From Albugo candida (taxonomy: Eukaryota), in NCBI GenBank assembly GCA_040437565.1, contig JBDOQK010000021.1:372001-436000 (forward strand): a stretch of 64,000 nt of DNA, given 5' to 3'. This document shows positions 35,235 through 45,617 of the stretch, one piece after another. The notes below the pieces were generated by a model. It was not told the origin of the DNA. It searched no databases and worked only from the letters and a program-made list of their open reading frames with translations. A program made the position numbers and the translations under genes. Every line of letters begins with the position of its first letter. The stretch's first letter is position 1.

Positions 35235-36325
35235 GCTATCATCCGCCGACTATAATAATACTTGTCATCGTGATTAGCATCCGATTTATTTGTCGACAAC
35301 CCAAAGCATAGATAAAATTGCTGAGCACGTGATCCCCACCAGTATCATAATGAAGAGGATATGCATTGTGGCCACGCACTTGAGACCATCGCTTTGCTTT
35401 TACCGATCAGATTCCATGTCGCATAACCGCTCACTTACACTTCCGTCAACTAGACAACCAGTTTTTCTATGTTGCGTTCGTGCTTTGCTTCCAAAATATT
35501 TCATATCAATTGAAATGCAAATACTGTGCTTTGGTATACACATACACCACGCACGCAATTCTCCATTCAGAAGCTCACATTCCCCAAATCCGTCGCATCA
35601 ATAAAGAGAGCCAAAGCCCTAGTCTATCCTTTACCAAAATCTGATTACAAAAAATAATTGTGCTTGAATTGTATTAGTAAAAGCTTGCTGTGTGACTCAG
35701 CTGTTTGCGCGGATTGCTTCCATGAAGTTGATAAAGCCTCGAAAATCGTGGTTCCCATTCTGATGCGTTTGTAACTAGTCGGATGCATAGAGCACACATA
35801 TAAATATTGCATGATAGACCGAGGATATCATTTATTTTCCAATTAGCCAGCAACAAAGAAGAGCTACAACAACCCATCGTGTCCAATGCTTACCACAATT
35901 CTCCTTGTATTATCTTGCACAGCGATTGCAAGTTTCCATCCAACAGACCCATTTCCAAGCCAAGGACTCGATGCGGCTTCTTTACGACAAGCCGCAAACA
36001 GTGCAAACTTTTACGTGGATGCCAATACTCAATTCAACTTCACTCAACTCAATATCGTGGACAAATTAATGATTCTCTCGGTGCAGTTCATTGGAATGCC
36101 TCCTCCCGTTCATGGAGTTGATCAACCACCAGCGATGGTTGAGATGAATGTTACAATTGATTCATGCTCGTGTATGACTCCGACAGTGTCATTCAGCGTG
36201 AGCAGGACGGCTCTCCCAGGAAGTTTTTTGCCAGAACCTAATGACTTTTATTGATCTTGTTGAGGGATCACACGTTACATCTTATGAAGACCTTTCGTAT
36301 ATTCTGTCGTGAACTTTAGTACTGT
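35235..36325 (+). repeat. Diverged segmental duplication, copy 2 (upstream region, gene C and 3' flank)
   Basis: Collinear homology with 26470-27640. Confidence 0.8.
35886..36254 (+). CDS. Small secreted protein, family member C (122 aa)
   Basis: Signal peptide MLTTILLVLSCTAIAS; motif VTIDSCSCMTP. Confidence 0.85.
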   Translation: MLTTILLVLSCTAIASFHPTDPFPSQGLDAASLRQAANSANFYVDANTQFNFTQLNIVDKLMILSVQFIGMPPPVHGVDQPPAMVEMNVTIDSCSCMTPTVSFSVSRTALPGSFLPEPNDFY

Positions 36326-37461
36326 TTGTAATGGTTGTAAGCATGGAAACAAAAGCTTTTTTATATTCATTCCTTTTATTCTCAACGACTTTTTATTACC
36401 TTTTACAAGTAGGAGTTGACTTTCTGGTGATTGGCAATAAAGCGAAAAGGGCGACCACGATTGGCTTGCTCAAAAGTGAGAGATATCGATNNNNNNNNNN
36501 NNNNNNNNNNNNNNNNNNNNNNNNNNNNNNNNNNNNNNNNNNNNNNNNNNNNNNNNNNNNNNNNNNNNNNNNNNNNNNNNNNNNNNNNNNCAAAAGTGAG
36601 AGATATCGATAGCTCGATTTGTGACAACTATAACCATGTAGATTATAGCATGCAGTTTGGTGGTTAGAATGGGTACAACAGTTTGGTAAGAGCTTTGCTC
36701 GGCTAAGCAGATTTACGTGTGAAATGTAAGGTTGGGCCCATGAACAGCTGTACTTGCCAAACCAGCTTCACCTGACGTAAAGCTACGCACTTCAATTCAC
36801 CATTATGGAGCCGCATATTGACATAGCAGAGACCGTTGCAGTGGTAAAAGAATTCCTACCCCTTCTCATCGCTTTATAATTGACATATGCACAAAAAGCT
36901 ATCAAACATCTCATAAGATACGAATTTAAAGCGCAACGTACGATAAGTCGGTATCACGTATATTCGTGAGTGTATTCATATACCCCAATATCGCGGTCAG
37001 ACATATGTAGGGCAAGCACTCGCTGCATGTCGTGCGTGATCCATTGGATTACCGATCATTCTTCCAGCTGTTTGCTCCTATGTAGCCGTTGCATAATCAC
37101 ATTCCCGTTTTCATGCAAGATCAAGAATGAGTCGCTTTCGAGTAGCTTGATGACGTGAAGGTACGACTCACAGTCGCTTTTCATAGAAAATACACCACTA
37201 TCTATTATCTACGATTGCAATGTATGTAGCAGACCCGCCCCCAGCGCCAATTACAGACATCAGTATGTACTGTAACGTATTAGTGATCCCAACCATATGA
37301 TTGATATATGCATTCCAGAAAAAGAACCGATCAGATCCGCAGTCTGTTTAAGGCATAAGGTGCATGTTTTATATATATTGAGGTATCAACTCACGTTCCA
37401 ATTCACTTACACGCAACTAATTCATTGAACAACATAAAAACGAGCACTCACATCAACAAAA

Positions 37462-37788
37462 ATGAGCACGAAATCATTCATAGCAATCTGCTGCACGATA
37501 GTATCATTGGTGCATGGTACGGAATTCCTTGCAAACAGCTTGGACCAAGAAACGCTCAGAAAGAAAGTAAATGGGTTTATCAACACACAAACGTCCCAAC
37601 CTTTTGGATTTACAAGTCTCATGATGAGTTCCGAGAATTCTATCACGCTCGGAATGAGAATCTTCGGCACACATTTAGAGCAGGATCCAGATCAAGCGAC
37701 GCTTCGTCCCTTTAATGTTCTTGTTAAACTTATAACCTGCTCAAGCACTGGCCCTCAAATCAAGCAAGTTTTCGTCGATCTTAATTGA
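37462..37788 (+). CDS. Small secreted protein, family member D (108 aa)
   Basis: Signal peptide MSTKSFIAICCTIVSLVHG; LD..TLR..VNG and QPFGFT resemble B/C; motif VKLITCSSTGP. Confidence 0.8.
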   Translation: MSTKSFIAICCTIVSLVHGTEFLANSLDQETLRKKVNGFINTQTSQPFGFTSLMMSSENSITLGMRIFGTHLEQDPDQATLRPFNVLVKLITCSSTGPQIKQVFVDLN

Positions 37789-39404
37789 ATGATCAGAGTC
37801 GATGCCTTTTCTGGATCGTATCGAGAGAATAGGAAACATCGCATGTTGTGTTGTCGAGAGCAAATACACACAGTTTTCACTTTCATGCATTGCTTTGCTT
37901 CTATTTACGTAAATGCCACGTGCACTGCCGTTTCTTTGCGCTGTATAGCCTCTTTGTTGACTTCCTATACGCGCCACATCGATGCAGCATCAAGCAACCT
38001 TGTATTAACATCGTCATATAAATAGTGTACACAACACCAATGTTGAAGCATGCTGAAGATTTCCCGAATCGGTCCTCCTGTTGAGTAAATTACACTAGAG
38101 CATAACTACTTTTGTGTATCATTATAATGCTCATTTGACACAATTCATTGTTCCAGTAGTCATGCAGATCTTGTCGCTCGCTTTAATTGCCGAATGAAAT
38201 TGAATATTTGCGTGATTGAATAAGGAATTAGCATAATCTATATAGAAGACCGGTGAACTCTTTCGAAAGTGCGCTTTACGTACTTTTGATAGCTATTAAC
38301 TCTATTTGGCAAGAATAGAGCTACACAATTCCTACATCAGATTTGTGGCCTGAATGCATTAAGCGCAATCGTTTTCTGTTGAAATCTCATTGTCCCGACT
38401 TACTGTCCAATCCGCCAGTAACAAAAAACATTCGCCATCACGTCTACTCTTGAATCAAATTGAACGCGCATGAACTGCTTTGTTTGCTATTTGATGCACG
38501 ACAATTGCATGTATCCTTTCAGATAGGATCGACTGTGTCAAAATAAGCAAGCTACTCGTACAGGGTCACATTGTGAAATTTGTGTCAGCCCTGTTGTGTG
38601 GATCGTTTCCTGCTANNNNNNNNNNNNNNNNNNNNNNNNNNNNNNNNNNNNNNNNNNNNNNNNNNNNNNNNNNNNNNNNNNNNNNNNNNNNNNNNNNNNN
38701 NNNNNNNNNNNNNNNTTGTGGCCTGAATGCATTAAGCGCAATCGTTTTCTGTTGAAATCTCATTGTCCCGACTTACTGTCCAATCCGCCAGTAACAAAAA
38801 ACATTCGCCATCACGTCTACTCTTGAATCAAATTGAACGCGCATGAACTGCTTTGTTTGCTATTTGATGCACGACAATTGCATGTATCCTTTCAGATAGG
38901 ATCGACTGTGTCAAAATAAGCAAGCTACTCGTACAGGGTCACATTGTGAAATTTGTGTCAGCCCTGTTGTGTGGATCGTTTCCTGCTACATCCAGCAATA
39001 CCGCAGCGATACAAATTAGAAGGAAGACTGCGATATTCGCTTTCAGTTCGACCAACATTCGACAATCTATCCGAAGTACTACACTAGCTTTCGAGAATCG
39101 AGACAGAAACGGATTCATAACTTTTTAGACAAGCGACAGAAACGTGTTTGGATAGATCTAATCGCGAATTCCAAACTCTACATTCTAATGAGCACAAAGT
39201 ACTACTATCATTTGNNNNNNNNNNNNNNNNNNNNNNNNNNNNNNNNNNNNNNNNNNNNNNNNNNNNNNNNNNNNNNNNNNNNNNNNNNNNNNNNNNNNNN
39301 NNNNNNNNNNNNNNGGCGTATCACAAATATCCTTACTATCCTGATCCTAGTCATCCCTGCTTTCATGTACACACACCATTCCCAACTGCAACTCCCGAAT
39401 CATT

Positions 39405-41522
39405 TTACTTCAACTTGACTTGTTTCATCCTATCCACAGTCGGTGACAGCTCCAATCCACCATCTGCCACATAGTTTTCATCACCTTTCTCCTTCGCCAC
39501 ATACACTTTCAATTGACTCTGTATAATCTTAAACGCCGCCCATACTAAAAACAGTGCCTGAATAACACCGAGTCCGAGCGTAGCTTCAAAAGACGGTCCA
39601 AAGTCTGTTTTCAACTTTATAACCAGGGTACATCTCGGTCCTCCCCACGCAGACGGATATAAGCACGAACATCGCTTCTCCACACACTCTCCGGTCTGCA
39701 TGGAGGAAGGTCCAACCGCAGCCGCGGTACAATCGTCATTCTTCACACAAGATGCTCCACCGGCGACCACAATCACTGGATTCTCATGATCCTCATAATC
39801 AGCGATATTATCCAAAATATAGCGCTTTGTTGGATGCGATTTGGGATCACATTCAGTCGACATTGCACTTCCTTTCGATGTATCTTGATACAATCGAATA
39901 TAATCAATTTTCATGTACAACGGGAGTCCATCACAGATGTTTTTCGCGGTAACACCTCCGCCAGCACGGCACGCTCCATGTCGGTTTGGCGGCATGGATT
40001 CCCACTCACTGGACACAGCGACGTTGAAAATGAGATACATTGGCTCTTCTATCCACGCTTTACGCACATTTGATTTTTCATTGTCTTGAGGAGGATTTGT
40101 GATGGATTTCGCTGGAATCTCAAACAATGAGGATCCACCGTATGTCCACCGAATGTACCCGTTCTCCCCCAATGTCCATTCCAATTGATACTTTACAAAG
40201 TCGGTATACGTCATGATGGGAAGCGGCGAGCTGGCAGAGATCGCATCCATTTGATAGCTGAATGAGTCCATCACCTTGCTGGCTGGCTGGTTATCCTTCC
40301 GGGCGTTCCGACAGCCTGGATTCTGGTTGTCTGGATCACACAAGAACGAGCCTGTATACGGATTGGTCTCAGCCATACATCCACCAGCCTCATTCACACC
40401 CCAATGGTACGACGTGTTGTCTTTCCTTCCAAAATCTGCATTTCCGTCATACGAGCTTGGACACGTATTGACGCCCTTGCACATATTATCGGTGACACCT
40501 TTTTTCAAATTGCTCATAACGGTCTCGTACGATTGTTTCAATGAAGATTTCGGAAGACAATTGGTGTTGGAAGAATATCGAAGATTTTGATACCAGGTTT
40601 TATGACCACGCGATGCGTATACGGCCGTTGGTAAACCAACCGCATTAGCGCCTGGATCCGTACAAGTGTGAAAGTAGATACAAGTCGATTTCCCTAGTTG
40701 GTACTCCGCAAGTGGTCGAAATTTAGTGGGCATACCTGGAGATACTTGGATGGATGAGGTTGCGACATTTCCCCCTCCTTCATAAATGTCGATCTCGGGA
40801 GCGCCTCGACCCATATTAGGATGTAGGCCATGACCCGGGGATTTATCACATGCACTGATACGCTGCATAGATGCGAATTTCGGATTACATTCGTTATAAC
40901 TCCACGGCCACATTCGATTCGTACTGGTTGTGAATAAAGCTCGACCTAGATTTCCCATTGTCCACATTGCCGGCCATACAAAATAATAATTGGGACCTGA
41001 GACGATTTCTCGCTTATTTTTCTTCAGATCAGGATTGTGTGATGTCAAGACGCCCGGCATTTTAGCAGATACTTCTATCAAGCCGCCTTGATAGCAGAAT
41101 TTATTCCACGATTGAATCATTCCCGTCCGATAATACATCGTGTTGTTGACGTAACGTGGAGGTCGAGCGAAGGCATTAAACGCCTGGAAATCGATTTTTG
41201 CTTCAGAGATTTTGATCTGAAGTACTCCACGACCGTCTTTCTCCTTCTCAATTGTGGTGGCATTTCGAGAGTACCATCCCATCGCAGCATTCACTCCGTC
41301 CGCCATCTCAATAGAGGTCCAAATATGATCTTTTCCTGGCGCAAAATCACGACCCTCATCGTTGAATTCATCGCTGAATGTCAGTTCCCAAATCTCACCT
41401 CGAGAACTTTTGATCCTTTGCGCGCTTTTTGGTGTATCTAGATCGACCCAAGGACGCAATCCCGACCGTGTGTTAAAGTGTCTGTCAGCGTGAACAACAC
41501 ACAAGCAAAATAATAGGAGCAT
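39405..41522 (-). CDS. KRE6: KRE6/SKN1-like beta-glucan synthesis-associated GH16 protein
   Basis: Signal peptide; PWVDLDTP, LTFSDEFN, TGMIQSWNKFC.QGG, WPAMWTMGNLGRA, GRGAPEIDIYEG, EEPMYLIFN, IDYIRLYQ, CDP..HPT; EGF-like region and C-terminal TM. Confidence 0.95.
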   Translation of the reverse strand: MLLLFCLCVVHADRHFNTRSGLRPWVDLDTPKSAQRIKSSRGEIWELTFSDEFNDEGRDFAPGKDHIWTSIEMADGVNAAMGWYSRNATTIEKEKDGRGVLQIKISEAKIDFQAFNAFARPPRYVNNTMYYRTGMIQSWNKFCYQGGLIEVSAKMPGVLTSHNPDLKKNKREIVSGPNYYFVWPAMWTMGNLGRALFTTSTNRMWPWSYNECNPKFASMQRISACDKSPGHGLHPNMGRGAPEIDIYEGGGNVATSSIQVSPGMPTKFRPLAEYQLGKSTCIYFHTCTDPGANAVGLPTAVYASRGHKTWYQNLRYSSNTNCLPKSSLKQSYETVMSNLKKGVTDNMCKGVNTCPSSYDGNADFGRKDNTSYHWGVNEAGGCMAETNPYTGSFLCDPDNQNPGCRNARKDNQPASKVMDSFSYQMDAISASSPLPIMTYTDFVKYQLEWTLGENGYIRWTYGGSSLFEIPAKSITNPPQDNEKSNVRKAWIEEPMYLIFNVAVSSEWESMPPNRHGACRAGGGVTAKNICDGLPLYMKIDYIRLYQDTSKGSAMSTECDPKSHPTKRYILDNIADYEDHENPVIVVAGGASCVKNDDCTAAAVGPSSMQTGECVEKRCSCLYPSAWGGPRCTLVIKLKTDFGPSFEATLGLGVIQALFLVWAAFKIIQSQLKVYVAKEKGDENYVADGGLELSPTVDRMKQVKLK

Positions 41523-41590
41523 TGCCTCAGCGGATTGGCAAATGAAGAGCGTAAAAGCATCTTTTCGACCGTATCAGACGGTGGTATGAG

Positions 41591-42291
41591 ATGCAGAGTG
41601 TCGTACAAAGGACAGGCGGATTGACCTTATTAGAAGGCGGTATGGGAATTTGGAGAGTGATTGTTCCTGGAGTGTTGGTGTTCAGCTGCGTGTCAGTCGA
41701 TTTACTGCTGGAAATTGTATCGAAGAGAACGATTTCTGGACATATTGTCGATAATTTAGGGCATGGAATGATTGCGTTTGTGTCATACGCAGTGTTTACG
41801 TTGTGGCAAAAACCACAATCGACTTGGAAACGCGCATGGATTCATTCTTTTGTGGCTGGAATTTGCTCTTGTGCGATGGATTTGGATCATTTTATAGCGG
41901 CGGGAAGCTTCCGTATCGATGCAGCGACGAATTTAAAGGTACGGAAAGTGTGCTTATCGCTTTTAGTAACGCGTTTTCCGCGTAGAAACGGCCATTTGCG
42001 CATGCATTTGCTTTTATCGCAGTTATGTGCGTTTTTGTATGGATTCAGAGCGCTGGGAATACAAAAGTTGTACGCTTCCAACGTGTTGCTCTTTTGTGGA
42101 TTGCATTATCAAGTCATCAATTAAGAGATGCCGTTCGACATGGAGTTTGGTTGTGGCCGTTTGGATCCACTCCACCGATTCCATACGCTTTGTACCTTTT
42201 CATCCAAGTGCTCCTTCCTCTATCCATTGCAAGAGCACAAGCATATCTCCATCTCTTCGATTCCAAAGTCGAAAAAGCGCTTATCATTTAA
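41591..42291 (+). CDS. TMEM267: TMEM267-like membrane protein; exons 41591-41938 and 41986-42291
   Basis: DNLGHG, DLDHFIAAGS, RPFAH, SHQLRDAVRHGVWLWPFGSTPP. A 47 bp GT..AG intron joins the two ORFs in frame. Confidence 0.85.
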
Positions 42292-42299
42292 GCATTGTA

Positions 42300-42895
42300 T
42301 TAGAATTCACGCAATTCTCGTTGGATGTCACGGTCTCTATCGCGTTGCCGATGATCAAATTGCCCGATTTTCTTGCATTCCGCCAATATCACTTTGATCC
42401 AGCCTGTCTCGCCGACCTGAAGACTACTTGGAATCTAACAGCGCATTAGAGAGACAAAATCAACGGAATGGACCCTACCAGCTCAGCTCGTGTCTCTCTT
42501 TTAAAATCCTGGAGTTTTTTCAGCTCAGAGCGTCTTGCAAGCAGTTTTCGCGGCCGTAAAGGCTCAGGACGACCGACGAGTCCGTGACGCCAAATCGGAA
42601 TGTTGCACTCATGTAAAAAGAGCTCATTTTTGTAAAAAGCTCCAAATGAATTCGATAGATCACCGGTATGATCACGAAGAGACTTTACTTCTGATGGGCG
42701 TAATTCGATACCCAACATCCATTCTTTTTGTACGTGGTACACTTTTGTGCGGCATTTATGAAGAAACGCTTGATTGCGGACGAGAATACGTGTTGGAAAA
42801 TTGCGGATAGTGCGTGTCGATGTGTTGAGAATGGCGATCGTATTGCGGAAAGCCGAATGAAAGGCGGACGAGCGAATGGAATGGGTCCAATGCAT
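42300..42895 (-). CDS. smpB: Nuclear-encoded SsrA-binding protein SmpB with putative mitochondrial presequence; exons 42895-42479 and 42434-42300; 183 aa
   Basis: GIELRPSEVKSLR, ELFLHECNI and PEPLRPRKLL, then after a 44 bp GT..AG intron IP...GWIKVILA...DHRQRDRDRDIQRELR. The N-terminus is Arg/Ser/Thr-rich and free of acidic residues. Confidence 0.88.
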
Positions 42896-43322
42896 ATTTG
42901 TCCGATAAATTACGCATGTAGGTGGTGATAGTTTGATAATTACTTGAAAATCATTTGGCAGAATAATAATCACAAGAATCAACACATTATTACAATTGCA
43001 ATCATTTGTATCCTGATTATTACTAATAATGACGCCGTATATAATATTATTTCGAATAAGACTCTCGTATTACATTCATAGACGCTTCTTTATGAAATAA
43101 ATGATAAATAGCCAAATAAGAGGCCTAAAAGTTGTTCTCTGATCTCTGTCTTCATGAAGCCATATTGCTGCCTGAAGACGTGAGTCGTATCTATAAATAC
43201 AGCCACAGACTCGTGTTCTTGCGCTCATTCTAATTCTGCACTTCTTACGACATAAGAAATGCAATTAATCCGAATAATAAATAAATGCTCATTCCTCAAG
43301 CCATTCTTCGAGACGCAACTTG

Positions 43323-44933
43323 ATGCTGTCCTCCGTATCGCTATGCGTACGACCGCTTGGAATCGCACTCACTGTGCTGTGTGCCTCCTTATTTATCCGT
43401 AAAAACGCTAAAAGAAGAGCATACAACGCCTTACCGTCGCCTCCATCTGCTTTACCGCTTTTAGGCTCCACATTAGACCTCATGCTTTATCATCGCCATC
43501 GTCATCACGACTGGATTAGCGAGCAATCCTCTCATTTCCATGGAAAGCCCTGGCGTCTCGATCTCCTCGGAGCACCGCCAATGATCGTATTGGGAACGGT
43601 GAAAGGGTTTGAAGACGTTCAAAGCACACAGTCGCATATTTTTGAAAAGGGTAGTCGAATGATTGAGATATTTCGCGATGTATTTGGCGACGGAATGATC
43701 GCAGTGGATCATTCCCATTGGGCATTCCAGCGAAAAAGCCTCGCCCACATGTTCAATATGGACGTCTTCAGCCGAGTTTTGATGAAAATCCTCCAAACAC
43801 ATACGCTAGCGCTTGGATCGATTTTGAGGTCTGCAGCCCGGACACCTGAGAAGAGCCTCAACGAAGGCGTCGATATCGATAAATTGCTTCAGCGGTGGGC
43901 GTTTGATGTGTTTACAGAATTTGTTTTTGAGATACCCACAGACTCACTTGCATCCCAACAAGATCATCCAATAATGTCGGCGCTCGATGAAGCCTCCAAA
44001 TGCACAGCTGCGCGGTTTTCTCAACCCGATTGGGCCTGGAAACTCATGCGATTTCTAAACATCGGAAGTGAGAAAATCTTGAGGCAAAATATCGCGATCC
44101 TTAATGGGGAAGCAAGGAAGATCACAACAGAGGCGCTTGAGAAGAATAAGAGAGAAATGGATGAGAATCCTTCGAGCAAACAGAAAACAGCGCTTTCTCT
44201 GATGGTACAACAAGAGATACTACAGAGTGGAAAGGAAGAAGATCGTATCAAAGTGACTCCGACATACTTTCGGGATGTCAGTATCACTTTATTGATGGCT
44301 GGAAAGGACACTGTCGCGCTCGCTCTGACGTGGTTCATTGTGATGCTCAACAGGAATCCACATGTCGAAGAGAATATTCGAATGGAACTGAGAAGAGAAC
44401 TTCCCGATCTCTTCATAAAAGAGGAATTTGTACCGAACGAGACACACATACGTTCACTTGTGTATTTAGACGCTACAATTCGAGAAAGCTTACGCTTACA
44501 CCCCCCAGCACCGTTCAATTGGAGAGAAGCCAATGATGACACAACTCTATCGGATGGGACTTTTGTCGCCAAAGGAACGCTTGTATGCACACCTCCATAC
44601 ACAATAGGACGCATGGAACATGTTTGGGGTCTTGATGTGCTTAAATGCAAGCCTGAAAGATGGCTGGAAGTCGATCCATCCGATACGTCAAAACAAAAGA
44701 TTCGAGACGTATCACCATTTCAGTTTAATGCTTTCTTGGGCGGTCCACGCCGTTGCTTGGGCTATCTCTTAGCAATGGCACAAATGAAGATCCTGATGGC
44801 GTATCTCCTCAGTAAATATCATTTGCAAACAACTGAGGATCCTCATTCGTACACGTATTCGCTGGCGATGACATCATCGTTCGACAAGCCTGTGCTCGTG
44901 AATGTTTTCCGCAATCAACCACCAACGCTTTAA
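43323..44933 (+). CDS. Cytochrome P450 (CYP86-clan-like oomycete type)
   Basis: N-terminal TM plus Pro-rich hinge, AGKDT I-helix, ESLR, PERW, heme motif FLGGPRRCLG. Confidence 0.96.
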   Translation: MLSSVSLCVRPLGIALTVLCASLFIRKNAKRRAYNALPSPPSALPLLGSTLDLMLYHRHRHHDWISEQSSHFHGKPWRLDLLGAPPMIVLGTVKGFEDVQSTQSHIFEKGSRMIEIFRDVFGDGMIAVDHSHWAFQRKSLAHMFNMDVFSRVLMKILQTHTLALGSILRSAARTPEKSLNEGVDIDKLLQRWAFDVFTEFVFEIPTDSLASQQDHPIMSALDEASKCTAARFSQPDWAWKLMRFLNIGSEKILRQNIAILNGEARKITTEALEKNKREMDENPSSKQKTALSLMVQQEILQSGKEEDRIKVTPTYFRDVSITLLMAGKDTVALALTWFIVMLNRNPHVEENIRMELRRELPDLFIKEEFVPNETHIRSLVYLDATIRESLRLHPPAPFNWREANDDTTLSDGTFVAKGTLVCTPPYTIGRMEHVWGLDVLKCKPERWLEVDPSDTSKQKIRDVSPFQFNAFLGGPRRCLGYLLAMAQMKILMAYLLSKYHLQTTEDPHSYTYSLAMTSSFDKPVLVNVFRNQPPTL

Positions 44934-44993
44934 GCCTTTATCGAGTTAATTGTCGAGCGACTTTGCCAGACGACGACAACGTTATACCTTTGG

Positions 44994-45617
44994 CTATTTA
45001 TCGAATTTGACGTTGAGCGCTTTCAACTCCAAAGGCCCGAGATCATATTCGGATTTTGGCTTATTTGTGGCAGGATTCGTAGACGATCCGGTGATCTCAC
45101 TAACGATAGTGCTTCCCATTGCCGTGCCAGAAACCTCGTCAAGATAGAAACCTGCACCTACTGCTAATGATCCAATTGTCAGTGATTTTTTATTCTTTTG
45201 GAAGAAATTCTTCTTTGATGGCGATTTCACTCCACTCGGCAGAATTTTCGGATCGTTTGGGCCTTTTTCTGATTCTAAATCCGTAAATTGGTACTGCGAT
45301 TTCGTTAAAGGTTTCGTCGGCAGCACTCCGATTTCATTGGAACCGCTGTCAAGTACGGAGTTAAATTCGAGTTTTTTCAGCCTGTCAGCCTGTGAATTTG
45401 TCGAAGCAGATTCTGACTTCTCACGCGATATTTTCGCTGTAAATGAGTTGACAGCAGCATCGCTTTCAGCGTTCAAATCGTCGGAACCTCTCGCGTGCTG
45501 TTTTCGAAATATGTTGCGTGGTGGCGGCGTTGCATCCTTTGCGTTCACCTGTGGCGATAATGCAAAGATATAAATGAGTAAGAAATAGAGCCAAAGCTTT
45601 TGAGACACTGTGTCCAT
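44994..45617 (-). CDS. Secreted hypothetical protein (candidate effector), 207 aa
   Basis: Signal peptide MDTVSQKLWLYFLLIYIFALSPQVNA; Cys-free, Ser/Lys-rich mature part with one short hydrophobic segment. Confidence 0.7.
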   Translation of the reverse strand: MDTVSQKLWLYFLLIYIFALSPQVNAKDATPPPRNIFRKQHARGSDDLNAESDAAVNSFTAKISREKSESASTNSQADRLKKLEFNSVLDSGSNEIGVLPTKPLTKSQYQFTDLESEKGPNDPKILPSGVKSPSKKNFFQKNKKSLTIGSLAVGAGFYLDEVSGTAMGSTIVSEITGSSTNPATNKPKSEYDLGPLELKALNVKFDK

